A DNA stretch of 64,000 nucleotides from Eledone cirrhosa (taxonomy: Eukaryota): contig OZ024750.1 of the NCBI GenBank assembly GCA_964016885.1, forward strand, positions 18,538,001-18,602,000. The letters are read 5' to 3'. Under the pieces are notes generated by a model. It was not told where the DNA came from. It saw only the letters and a list, made by a program, of their open reading frames with translations, and did no database searches. Positions 26,882 to 39,258 of this stretch are shown here, piece by piece (positions within the stretch are counted from its first letter, which is position 1; every line of letters begins with the position of its first letter). Both the position numbers and the translations under genes were made by a program.

Positions 26882-29747
26882 GCTGCTGTGCTGTTATTGA
26901 TGGTTCACCCTCCACCCTGTCTCGTCACCCCATACTCACCCTCGCCCTCTGCAACTGCTGTGCTGTTATTGATGGTTCACCCTCCACCATGTCTCGTCAC
27001 GTCGTACTCACCCTCGCCCTCTGCAACTGTTGTGTTGCTATTGATGGTTCACCCTCCACCCTGTCTCGTCACGTCCTACTCACCCTCGCCCTCTGCAACT
27101 GTTGTGTTGCTATTGATGGTTCACCCTCCACCCTGTCTTGTCACGTCCTACTCACCCTCGCCCTCTGCAACTATTGTGTTGCTATTGATGGTTCACCCTC
27201 CACCCTGTCTCGTCACGTCCTACTCACCCTCGCCCTCTGCAACTGTTGTGTTGCTATTGATGGTTCACCCTCCACCCTGTCTCGTCACGTCCTACTCACC
27301 CTCGCCCTCTGCAACTATTGTGTTGCTATTGATGGTTCACCCTCCACCCTGTCTCGTCACGTCCTACTCACCCTCGCCCTCTGCAACTGTTGTGTTGCTA
27401 TTGATGGTTCACCCTCCACCCTGTCTCGTCACCCCATACTCACCCTCGCCCTCTGCAACTATTGTGTTGCTATTGATGGTTCACCCTCCACCCTGTCTCG
27501 TCACGTCCTACTCACCCTCGCCCTCTGCAACTATTGTGTTGCTATTGATGGTTCACCCTCCACCCTGTCTCGTCACGTCCTACTCACCCTCGCCCTCTGC
27601 AACTATTGTGTTGCTATTGATGGTTCATCCTCCACCCTGTCTCGTCACGTCCTACTCACCCCCGCCCTCTGCAACTGTTGTGTTGCTATTGATGGTTCAC
27701 CCTCCACCCTGTCTCGTCACCCCATACTCACCCTCGCCCTCTGCAACTGTTGTGTTGCTATTGATGGTTCATCCTCCACCCTGTCTCGTCACCCCATACT
27801 CACCCTCGCCCTCTGCAACTGTTGTGTTGCTATTGATGGTTCACCCTCCACCCTGTCTCGTCACGTCCTACTCACCCTCGCCCTCTGCAACTATTGTGTT
27901 GCTATTGATGGTTCATCCTCCACCCTGTCTCGTCACCCCATACTCACCCTCGCCCTCTGCAACTGTTGTGTTGCTATTGATGGTTCACCCTCCACCCTGT
28001 CTCGTCACCCCATACTCACCCTCGCCCTCTGCAACTGTTGTGTTGCTATTGATGGTTCACCCTCCACCCTGTCTCGTCACCCCATACTCACCCTCGCCCT
28101 CTGCAACTGTTGTGTTGCTATTGATGGTTCACCCTCCACCCTGTCTCGTCACCCCATACTCACCCTCGCCCTCTGCAACTGTTGTGTTGCTATTGATGGT
28201 TCACCCTCCACCCTGTCTCGTCACCCCATACTCACCCTCGCCCTCTGCAACTGTTGTGTTGCTATTGATGGTTCACCCTCCACCCTGTCTCGTCACGTAG
28301 TACTCACCCTCGCCCTCTGCAACTGTTGTGTTGCTATTGATGGTTCACCCTCCACCCTGTCTCGTCACGTCGTACTCACCCTCGCCCTCTGCAACTGTTG
28401 TGTTGCTATTGATGGTTCACCCTCCACCCTGTCTCGTCACCCCATACTCACCCTCGCCCTCTGCAACTGTTGTGTTGCTATTGATGGTTCACCCTCCACC
28501 CTGTCTCGTCACGTCCTACTCACCCTCGCCCTCTGCAACTGTTGTGTTGCTATTGATGGTTCACCCTCCACCCTGTCTCGTCACCCCATACTCACCCTCG
28601 CCCTCTGCAACTGTTGTGTTGCTATTGATGGTTCACCCTCCACCCTGTCTCGTCACCCCATACTCACCCTCGCCCTCTGCAACTGTTGTGTTGCTATTGA
28701 TGGTTCACCCTCCACCCTGTCTCGTCACGTCGTACTCACCCTCGCCCTCTGCAACTGTTGTGTTGCTATTGATGGTTCACCCTCCACCCTGTCTCGTCAC
28801 CCCATACTCACCCTCGCCCTCTGCAACTGTTGTGTTGCTATTGATGGTTCACCCTCCACCCTGTCTCGTCACGTCCTACTCACCCTCGCCCTCTGCAACT
28901 GTTGTGTTGCTATTGATGGTTCACCCTCCACCCTGTCTCGTCACGTCCTACTCACCCTCGCCCTCTGCAACTGTTGTGTTGCTATTGATGGTTCACCCTC
29001 CACCCTGTCTTGTCACGTCCTACTCACCCTCGCCCTCTGCAACTGTTGTGTTGCTATTGATGGTTCACCCTCCACCCTGTCTCGTCACGTCCTACTCACC
29101 CTCGCCCTCTGCAACTGTTGTGTTGCTATTGATGGTTCACCCTCCACCCTGTCTCGTCACGTCCTACTCACCCTCGCCCTCTGCAACTGTTGTGTTGCTA
29201 TTGATGGTTCACCCTCCACCCTGTCTTGTCACGTCCTACTCACCCTCGCCCTCTGCAACTGTTGTGTTGCTATTGATGGTTCACCCTCCACCCTGTCTCG
29301 TCACGTCCTACTCACCCTCGCCCTCTGCAACTGTTGTGTTGCTATTGATGGTTCACCCTCCACCCTGTCTTGTCACGTCCTACTCACCCTCGCCCTCTGC
29401 AACTGTTGTGTTGCTATTGATGGTTCACCCTCCACCCTGTCTCGTCACGTCCTACTCACCCTCGCCCTCTGCAACTGTTGTGTTGCTATTGATGGTTCAC
29501 CCTCCACCCTGTCTCGTCACGTCCTACTCACCCTCGCCCTCTGCAACTGTTGTGTTGCTATTGATGGTTCACCCTCCACCCTGTCTTGTCACGTCCTACT
29601 CACCCTCGCCCTCTGCAACTGTTGTGTTGCTATTGATGGTTCACCCTCCACCCTGTCTCGTCACGTCCTACTCACCCTCGCCCTCTGCAACTGTTGTGTT
29701 GCTATTGATGGTTCACCCTCCACCCTGTCTTGTCACGTCCTACTCAC
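26882..29747. repeat. 72-bp minisatellite, about 40 copies
   Basis: Unit tgttgctattgatggttcaccctccaccctgtctcgtcacgtcctactcaccctcgccctctgcaactgttg; partial orphan copy at about 26613-26645. Confidence 0.97.
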
Positions 29748-29816
29748 GGGGTGCAACTCCAATACCGCCGCGCTCTGGGCCCGGAGCCCATCTCCCTCAC
29801 ACTTCCCCCTGTCCAT
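29748..29816 (-). CDS. candidate first coding exon (MDRGKCEGDGLRAQSAAVLELHP) abutting the 72-bp array
   Basis: GC/CpG-rich unique sequence, ATG in AGAATGG context, phase-0 donor CCC|GTGAGT at the start of the array. Confidence 0.25.
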
Positions 29817-30009
29817 TCTTCCGTGACCCTAGAACCCTTGCTTTTCCCTTCTTTTTCCGTTTTGTTAATATTTTCTTATTTTACACTCCATTCTTCTCAA
29901 TTTTCCCTTCTTTTTCCATTTTATATAAGAACATTTGTTAAGTTACGATCCAAATGCAAAATAAATAAAAATCGTAAACTATTGACATGCGGAAATTACA
30001 TGAGTGATC

Positions 30010-31135
30010 GTTGTTGTTGTTGTTGGTGGTGGTGGTGGTGGTGGTGGTGGTAGTTGTTGTTGGTGGTGGTGGCGGCGGGTCTGCTGTTATTGGTGGTGGT
30101 GGTGGTGGTGGTGGATGTTGTCGGTGTTGTTGGTGGTGGTAGTTGTTGTTGTTGGTGGTGGCGGCGGGTCTGCTGTTATTGGTGGTGGTGGTGGTGGTGG
30201 TGGATGTTGTCGGTGTTGTTGGTGTTAGTGGTGATGGTGGTGGCTGTTGTTATTGGTGGTGGTGGTGGTGGGTGTTGTTATTGGTGGTGGTGGTGGTGGC
30301 GGTGGTGGTGGTGGTGGATGTTGTTGGTGTTGTTGGTGGTGGTAGTTGTTGTTGTTGGTGGTGGCGGCGGGTCTGCTGTTATTGGTGGTGGTGGCGGTGG
30401 TGGTGGTGGTGGATGTTGTCGGTGTTGTTGGTGGTGGTAGTTCTTGTTGTTGGTGGTGGCGGCGGGTCTGCTGTTATTGGTGGTGGTGGTGATGGATGTT
30501 GTCGGTGTTGTTGGTGTTAGTGGTGATGGTGGTGGCTGTTGTTATTGGTGGTGGTGGTGGTGGTGGATGTTGTCGGTGTTGTTGGTGGTGGTAGTTCTTG
30601 TTGTTGGTGGTGGCGGCGGGTCTGCTGTTATTGGTGGTGGTGGTGGTGCTGGTGGATGTTGTCGGTGTTGTTGGTGTTAGTGGTGATGGTGGTGGCTGTT
30701 GTTATTGGTGGTGGTGGTGGGTGTTGTTGGTGTTAGTGTTGGTGGTGATGGATGTTGTCGGTGTTGATGGTGTTAGTGGTGATGGTGGTGGCTGTTGTTA
30801 TTGGTGGTGGTGGTGGTGGGTGTTGTTGGTGTTAGTGTTGGTGGTGGTGGATGTTGTCGATGTTGGTGTTAGTGGTGGCGGTTTTTGTTGTTGTTGTTGC
30901 TGGTGGTGGTGGTGGTGGTGGTTGTTGTTGCTGGTGGTGGTGGCGGATGTTGTTGGTTGTTGCTGTTGGTGGTAGTAGTGGTGTTTGTCGTTGTTGTTGT
31001 TGTTGGTGGTGGTGGTGGTGGTGGCTTTTGTAGGTGTTGTTGTTAGTGGTGGTGGTGTGGTCGCGGTGGTTGGTGTTGTTGTTGGTAGTGGTAGGAGTGT
31101 CTGTTGGTGGTGGTGGTGGTGGTTGTCGTTGTTAT
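30010..31135. repeat. compound (GGT)n/(TGT)n repeat with higher-order units
   Basis: Recurrent ggtggcggcgggtctgctgttatt and ggatgttgtcggtgttg blocks. Confidence 0.9.
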
Positions 31136-31465
31136 TGTCGTTAAAGAAAATGCCGCTAGGAGAAGGCTGAAACAATTCTTACTTCAAAGTTAATTCATTC
31201 ACATCGTTAATGTCCTTGATAAAAAGAAACGAACGTGACAATCTTATTTTAAACCTAGTGTTTAAAGTAAACAAATAGATATTTATACGTGCTGTATTGC
31301 AGTGAAGGCAGAGTCGTTAGAATTGGCAGTTATTACGATGTCGGCGAGAATACTTCGTCGCATTCTTTCCGGCTCACCGCGCCCTGAGTTCAAATCCCAC
31401 CGAGGGTGAAATATGTATTTAATTTTTTTTAGAGGTCGATAAACAAAGCAGCGGCTCAGTACTGG

Positions 31466-31497
<32 letters not shown>

Positions 31498-32909
31498 GTC
31501 GCTTCACGCCATGAAACCGGGATAAGCTCCGGCCAAATGAGCCTTCTGGCTTAAGACAGACTTTAGATATATATAACAGTAATTTGATACTCTTTTCAAT
31601 AGAGTTTCTTTTACATTATCAATCAGCCGCCAAGAAGCTGACCTTTGTGGCTTCATGGATATTCTGAATTTACATTCTGAATGGGTAGGTTTACGAGTCG
31701 CCAATATGTCAGATTTTGACATATCAAATGGTCTTCTGTTTGTTCTCAGGTCTCGGAGACAAAGGAAGGGATATTCTTAAATAGCCTGCTCCCAGAGTCA
31801 AACTGGACAGTTGCAGAGTCGAATCCTAGCAGTGAAGGTGTAGTCTACAGCTTTACGCTAAAAAAAAAAAGCAAAAATAACATCTGTCTGATGAACGATC
31901 CAGACGTATGCCAATATTGTCTAGGATCCAGAAACCTTTGGTAATGGAATAGTTATACATTGTGTTGTTCACTTTCTAACTAAATTTGGCAGTATCGGTA
32001 GAGCGTCAAACACCATGCTTTGCAACATAGAGTCATGGCCCTTTGCGTTCCGAGTTTAAATCCTGCCGAGGTTAACTTTGCCCTTCATCCTTACGGGGTC
32101 GATAAAATAAAGCACCTGTAATGCACTGGGGTAATTGCTGGCCTTGTGCCAAAAGTAGAACCAATTATTGTTGTTTGTCATCAATTAAGCCTTTAAGCAT
32201 TTAAACAGGCCAGAATTCTCTCACCTCTTTCTGTTCAAACTGGCTGTAACTGGCTGCTCATACTTATGTTAAGGTATTGTTCTCAAAATAAATTGTATCA
32301 AAATCTTTCAGATTCAATATTATGTGAGATAATTATGTGAGGTAAAGCCTTTACTGTGATAATACAATAGTAAATATAGAGTAATGTAAATGCTGAAGGG
32401 TTAAATGAAGCTTTCCCCATCGGAGATATCTTTTCACAAATGATGAGCATTATTGAGAAGTAGAGAGGGAACCTAATTAAAGAAATGGTAATTGAAGACC
32501 TAATTACTTTTATTTCTGCATATAACTGGCTACAAGCTATACTAAGTATTCTGCTGTCAAAGGCATACTGCTTGTGAGGACTTCATTGCAGTTGACCTCT
32601 CAATTTCGCTATATATTTATCTTCCTTCCTATCTATCTATCTATCTCTCTATGTATCTATCTATCTATCAATTGATTTTTATGTAAAGCCCCCGCCATCA
32701 ATCTTGTAATGTCCCATTTCTTGTATGCCCTTGTGGCAAATAAAGAAAGATATCTATCAATTGATTTCCTTATCTATTTTCTGTCTACCTACCTACCTGT
32801 CTATCTATCTATCTATGTATTTGTCCCCTTCTTTTGTGCCCCTGTGGCTAATAAAGAAATCTATCTATCTATCTATCTGTCTATCTATCTATCTACCTAT
32901 CTATATATC

Positions 32910-32966
<57 letters not shown>

Positions 32967-32968
<2 letters not shown>

Positions 32969-33707
32969 GGCCTGGCAGTGCTACCGAGGAGCTCTACCGG
33001 TTCGTGACAAGATCTACAGGCACGGACGCCCTGGCAGGGATCCTTCCAAAAGGACGTGTCCAAGATGTGCGCAGGACATTGAAACAGTTCTGCACGCAAT
33101 TGTACACTGCCCGGGCGTAAGCGACCTGTGGAACTATGCAGAACAACTGCTGTCGCGTATGGGACAAATACAGTTGACTGCCGAGTCCATAGTAAGGATC
33201 AAACCGCCAGACTCTTTCAAAAACAAAAGAGAGGCGGTTTTCCTCTGTACGGTGGCTATGGTGAAAGAAGTTATATGGTGGACGAGGTTGAGAGGACTGA
33301 GGACAGATGCCTTTCTCTCCGGACAACAATTGATTCCATTCTTTAAGTATCACTTTAGAAGGAGAATCAGGATGGAGAGAGAGGCACTGCACCCCAGTAA
33401 ATTTACTGAAAGGTGGGTGAATGAAGCGAAAATGGCCCGAGTGATTGGGCCTTCTCTGTTTATAAGCCTGTAGGTTGAGGAAGAGAGCAAAAGGAAGAAA
33501 GGAGCACTTGCACAACACGCTCCTTGAGTTGAGGGTTGTTCTATCGACGGGGTATTAAACAACCCATTTGTGGCGCCTCCCCCCTATTGGGGATTTCGAT
33601 TGTTGAAATTGTTTGTTTTTATATTTTTTACACGACTGTATGTAAAATCCCCGGCATGTCTTTGTATTGTCCCCTTTCTTGTTGCGCCCTTGTGGCAAAT
33701 AACGAAA
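32967..33707 (+). mobile_element. 5'-truncated Tx1/L1-clade non-LTR retrotransposon inserted in (TATC)n
   Basis: Open frame LAWQCYRGALPVRDKIYRHG...CPRCAQDIETVLHAIVHCP..SDLW (zf-RVT CCHC) to the stop at 33473; 3' UTR ends cccttgtggcaaataacgaa; (ATCT)n on both sides. Confidence 0.85.
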
Positions 33708-36057
33708 TCTATCTATCTAACTATCTATCTATCTATCTATCTATCGACCTACCTACCAACTTATCTCTCTGTCTGTCTATCAAAAGTCCACTGAAAACCA
33801 AGGTCACAGCCCCTACCCCAAGACCAAACCATAAAAATACAATATACTCTAGTTGATTTAATCGACTTTACAACCTCCAATTCAACATTTGTGGATCTGA
33901 GCCAAGGTTAAAAATCAATAATTTTTCCCAGTTGTACAAAATATGAAACTATAATTGGAACATGTAGGTAGGTGGGAAGAGAGGGGAGTGTAGGGACGTG
34001 ATAAACATGAAGCAGGGCATGGAGGGGGGTTGGGGGTAATAGATAAAAGGGGGACGAAAACAAAGAAGAGCGTTAAAAAATAAGATGTAGATACAGTGGT
34101 TGACAAACTTTTCACTGCCAAGGACCCCTTTTTATTTAAATGGATTTTCCCAGAAACTACCCCCTTGTTACAACTACTTCCCCCATAGATTGTCATACAG
34201 TGAAAAACAATAAAAAAGAGAGAAATATTTATGTTTAGAAGAGAATGGATACCTAATAGTGTATGTTTTAATAAAGTATTTGAAATAGTTATACAATCAT
34301 CATCATCATCATCATCTTCGTAATTATCATCATCATCATTCTCATCATGATAATCATCATCATCATTCTCATCGTCATAATCATCGTCGTCATCATCATT
34401 ATCATTGTCACTATCATTGGCATTGTCATCGTCATTTAACATCTATTTTCCCTTCAAGCAAAGGTTGGACAAGTCACCACAGACCTAATCAGTCCTTAGT
34501 CAGAGCTACTAACCTCTCAAAGAAGCCAAGGACTGCATCTTGCTTACATATATTCCTGCACATTACTGTGTATACTGGGTGTATTTTATCATGGAACCAG
34601 CACTAGAGAGGTTGACATGTCTTTGACACAACTGAAAAGTCCCCTTGTCCCTTTCTTTGACAATAGATAATTATCAAAAGAGAGAAGTGTTTATACTAAT
34701 AGTGTGTATATATTATATATATATATAACCAAGTACTTAAAACTTAGAACTTATCTCATGAACCCCCAGTAATAAATTTGCTGACCAACAGTACTATATT
34801 TGTGGGCCTCCAGTACTAACCTTCCAGACCGCCAGATTGGGAACTTTCAAGGTAAAAGATGATAGGAACGAGGGGTCCTATCAAAACTAATATTTACAGC
34901 TATAAAATGTTGTTTTTTCTTAACAAGTATTCCAAAATTGATATTTACTTCCTATATTTGAGATTCTCTTCATATGTGTTCAGGCTTAGAAATGTTATGC
35001 CCTCCGCACCCCATTAAATGTTTCATGTTAGGTGACATCATTAAGACAAGAGTCACTTGTAAAGTACTTCACTCACATCAAATGCTTGGGACGATTTAAT
35101 TACAGTGAAGGGCTAGGGATACTTGGGGTTTCAATTAAGAATAATTTACTAGTTAGAAACAAAAAGTGTTAAGTAGTTAAGATATTAATGTACTAATTTT
35201 TGGATTATGAGTTCAATTCCATAGTAAATGTCTTGTTATGGTTCTAGGGTAAGGTAATATTATGAAATATATATATAATAACATTAATAAAGATGCTGTT
35301 ACATAAATCAGCATAAGCATCTTTATTAAAGTTATTATTATACTGAATCTCCATCGTAACTACAAATTACAAATGTTGAGAGCTTTCTCCTGTTTTTACC
35401 AAAACAATCTCTTTGGAACCTATATATCATTATTTCATCATCATCATTTCATTTTACATCCGCTTTTTCCCTGCTTGCAAGGGTGGGACGGGAACTTATT
35501 CTGGCTTGATTTCTACAGCTGGATGCCCTTCCTAATACCAACCTCATTTACAGTGAGTGCTGGGTGCTTTTTTGCTGTGGCCCCTCCACGACCACTTTGC
35601 AGTGGAATGATATGGACCCCAGTCCCTATCATCTCATTTCTACAGCTGAGTAAACTAGAGCAATGTGAAATAAAGTGTCTTGCTCAAGGAAACAACACAT
35701 CACCCGGTCTGAGAATTGAACTCACAACCTTTCGATTGCAAGGCCAACGCTCTAACCACTAAGCCATGTGCCTCCATTATATATATATATATAATGCTGA
35801 TGTTATGATAAAAAGCACCCAGTACATGCTTGAAGTGGCTGGTGTTAGGAAGAGCATCCAATTGTAGAAACCACACCAAATACAGATAAAAATAACTCTT
35901 TAGTTATGATTCCTGGACTTGTCAAGTCTTGGACAATGACATGTCTAACCCATGCCAACATGGAAAATGGACATAAAATGATGATGATGATGATGGTAAT
36001 GACATATATATATATATATATATATATATCTGTCTCTATATCTCTATATATGTATGT

Positions 36058-36194
36058 AACAAAGGAATTGTGGTAAGGAACTAGATGGACCATAACGCAC
36101 CAGAGTACTCAATACTTAGGGTAGTAGAGTGGGAAATAGGAAAAAAGTATGACCCTGCCGGCAGAGCTCAAGCCGTTTTGACGGCTATTTCTGG

Positions 36195-36196
<2 letters not shown>
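36058..36196 (-). mobile_element. third, non-palindromic copy of the same element
   Basis: Reverse complement aligns by eye to 38522-38658; between (TA)n tracts. Confidence 0.65.
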
Positions 36197-36241
<45 letters not shown>

Positions 36242-36247
36242 TATGTG

Positions 36248-36305
<58 letters not shown>

Positions 36306-36322
36306 CACACACACACATATAT

Positions 36323-36385
<63 letters not shown>

Positions 36386-36749
36386 TATACATATATATAC
36401 ATATAGATATACACATATACATATAATTTTGGGGGTGTATTTTTACATATTTACATGTTATTATGTGTAAAGAATCTGTTTTACTTATTGCACTAAAATT
36501 CCTCCCACTCCACTCACCTTACAAACAACAACAACAACAACAACAACAACAATAACAACAAACATCTAACTAAAGTGACTAAGACATAATCTGAAGACTT
36601 CATCTGGAATGGTATTTCAGTGGGCAGCAGGCCAGATGCTGTATTCTTCAAATATGTCCTAATTACAGAAACTTTGAAATTTAAAGCGAAGACAAAAGTT
36701 ACTCAGAGAGAGAGCAAGGTCAATCACCCACCCACTCACTTTAATGTAA

Positions 36750-38330
36750 ATGTATGTATGTATATATGTATGTGTGTATGTATGTGTGTATGTATGTATG
36801 TGTGTATGTATGTATGTGTGTATGTATGAGTGTATGTATGTGTGTATGTATGCATGTATGTATGTGTGTATGTATGTATGTATTTATGTATGTATGTATG
36901 TTTGTGTGTATGTATGCATGTAGTATGTGTGTATGTATGTATGTATGTATGTGTGCATGTGTGTATGTATGTATGTATGTATGTGTGCATGTATGGATGT
37001 ATGTATGTGTGTATGTATGTGTGTGTGTATGTATGTACGTACGTATGTATGTATGTATGGATGTATGCATGTATGTATGTATGTATGTATGTATGTGTAC
37101 ATGTATGCATGTATGTATGGATGTGTGTATGTATGTACATATGTATGTATGTATGCATGTATGTGTGTATGTATGTATGTATGTATGTATGTATGTATGT
37201 ATGTATGTGTGTGTGTATGTATGTATGTATGTGTGTATGTATGCATGTATGTGTGCGTGTATGTATGTATGTATGTATGTATGTATGTATGTATGTATGT
37301 ATGTGTGCATGTATGCATGTATGTATGTGTGTATGTATGTATGTATGTATGTGTGTATGTGTGTATGTATGTACGTACGTATGTATGTATGTATGGATGT
37401 ATGCATGTATGTATGTATGTATGTATGTATGTATGTATGTGTACATGTATGCATGTATGTATGGATGTGTGTATGTATGTACATATGTATGTATGTATGC
37501 ATGTATGTGTGTATGTATGTATGTATGTATGTATGTATGTATGTATGTATGTATGTATGTATGTGTGTATGTATGTATGTATGTGTGTATGTATGTATGT
37601 ATGTGTGCATGTATGGATGTATGTATGTGTGTATGTATGCATGTATGTATGTATGTGTGTATGTATGTGTGTATGTATGTATGTATGGATGTATGCATGT
37701 ATGTATGTGTGTATGTATGTATGTATGGATGTGTGTATGTATGTATGTTTGTATGTATGTGTGTATGTATGTATGTGTACATGTATGCATGTATGTATGG
37801 ATGTGTGTATGTATGTACATACGTATGTATGTATGCAGGTATGTGTTTATGTATGGATGGATGGATGTGTTTATGTATGGATGTATGGATGGATGCATGT
37901 ATGTTTGTATGTATGGATGTATGCATGTATGTGTGTATGTATGTATGTGTGTATGGATATATGTGTGTGTATGTATGTATGGATGTATGTGTGTATGTAT
38001 GTATGTGTGTATGGATATATGTGTGTGTGCGTATGTATGTATGGATGTATGTGTGTATATGTATGTATGAGTGCATGTATGTGTGTATGCAGGTATGTAT
38101 GTATGTATGTTCGTATGTATGTAGGTATGTGTGTGTATGTATACATCTATGTGTGTATGTATGTATGTATGTATGCATGTATACATGTATGCATATATGT
38201 ATGCGTGTGTATGTATGTATGTATGTATGTATATATGCATGTATGCGTGTGTATATATGTACGCATGTATGGATGTATGTGTATGTATGTATGCATGCAT
38301 GCATATATGTATGTATATGTATGCACACAC
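36750..38330. repeat. (TATG)n-based microsatellite, about 1.6 kb
   Basis: Degenerate TATG/TGTG array; source of the HTYI/MYVC pseudo-ORFs. Confidence 0.95.
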
Positions 38331-38392
38331 ACATGCACTCCTACACATGTATGGATGTAAAACAGTGATGGTTATGATGATGATATATATAC

Positions 38393-38452
<60 letters not shown>

Positions 38453-38455
<3 letters not shown>

Positions 38456-38653
38456 TAAGTAAGACCCCGACGGCTGAGCTCAAGCCGTTTCGACGGCTAA
38501 TTCTGTACTTAAGTACTTAAGTACAGAATTAGCCGTCGAAACGGCTTGAGCTCAGCCGTCGGGGTCTTACTTACTCCTATTACCCACTCTACTACCCTAA
38601 GTATTGAGTACTTTGGTGCGTTATGGTCCACCTGGTTCCTTACCACTTTTCCT

Positions 38654-38658
<5 letters not shown>
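38453..38658 (+). mobile_element. second copy of the fold-back Penelope-like terminus
   Basis: Perfect palindrome at 38453-38576 with GAAA-cggct(tgagctc)agccg-TC-ggggtc, same 3' tail, embedded in (TA)n. Confidence 0.7.
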
Positions 38659-38749
<91 letters not shown>

Positions 38750-39067
38750 TATATATATATGGACATGTGATGCGTATGAATGATGACAGCTCTATAAAAA
38801 AGGTGCAGAGTGCTCAAAAGTTGATGGAAGCCAGCCTGTATGATAGTGATACTGGGGTCATGATAAAATTCTCCCAGTACATGCTGTAAAGTGGTTGGTA
38901 TTTAAAAAGGGCATTAAGTCATAGAAACTTAACCAAGAACAATGTCCCCTGGCCCATCTAGCCTTAGTATGTGACAACCTGTTTAACCCATGCAAGCATG
39001 GAATATAGACATTAAATGGTAATGATGGTGATGATAATCTAAAAATATATTATTATTTAACTCTTTA

Positions 39068-39258
39068 GTGGTGGTGAATTGGCAGTATCGGTAGAGGGTT
39101 GGACGCCATGTTTTCTAGCATAGTTACGTCCCTTTACGGTCTAAGTTCAAATCCCGCCGAGGTTGACTTTGCCTTTCATCCTTACGGGGTCGATAAAATA
39201 AAGTACCAGTAATGTACTGGGTAATTGCTGGCCTTGTGCCTAAAGTAGAAACAATTAT
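39068..39258 (+). mobile_element. tRNA-derived SINE family A (representative; about 25 full or partial copies, e.g. 5619-5800, 13193-13380(-), 31988-32168, 42537-42715(-), 47495-47690, 63775-63925(-))
   Basis: A-box ggcagtatcggtagag, B-box gttcaaatcccgcc, central gcctttcatccttacggggtcgataaaataaagtaccag (resembles the Meta-SINE domain), (ATT)n tail. Confidence 0.85.

Noticed and set aside
26866-29826. 986-aa Cys-rich ORF and overlapping 470/537-aa ORFs
   Set aside because: Translations of a 72-bp minisatellite that happens to lack stops in two frames; no domain and no codon-position bias in the unit variants.
31655-31838. Possible + strand two-exon ORF (MDILNLHSEW|VSETKEGIFLNSLLPESNW...)
   Set aside because: Good acceptor at 31749 but a weak downstream donor, no further exons found and no recognisable homology.
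32709-33473. 254-aa ORF as a host gene
   Set aside because: The N-terminal third is (TATC)n read-through; the rest is a truncated Tx1 ORF2 end.
36736-38483. 400-580-aa HTYI/MYVC ORFs
   Set aside because: (TATG)n microsatellite artefacts.
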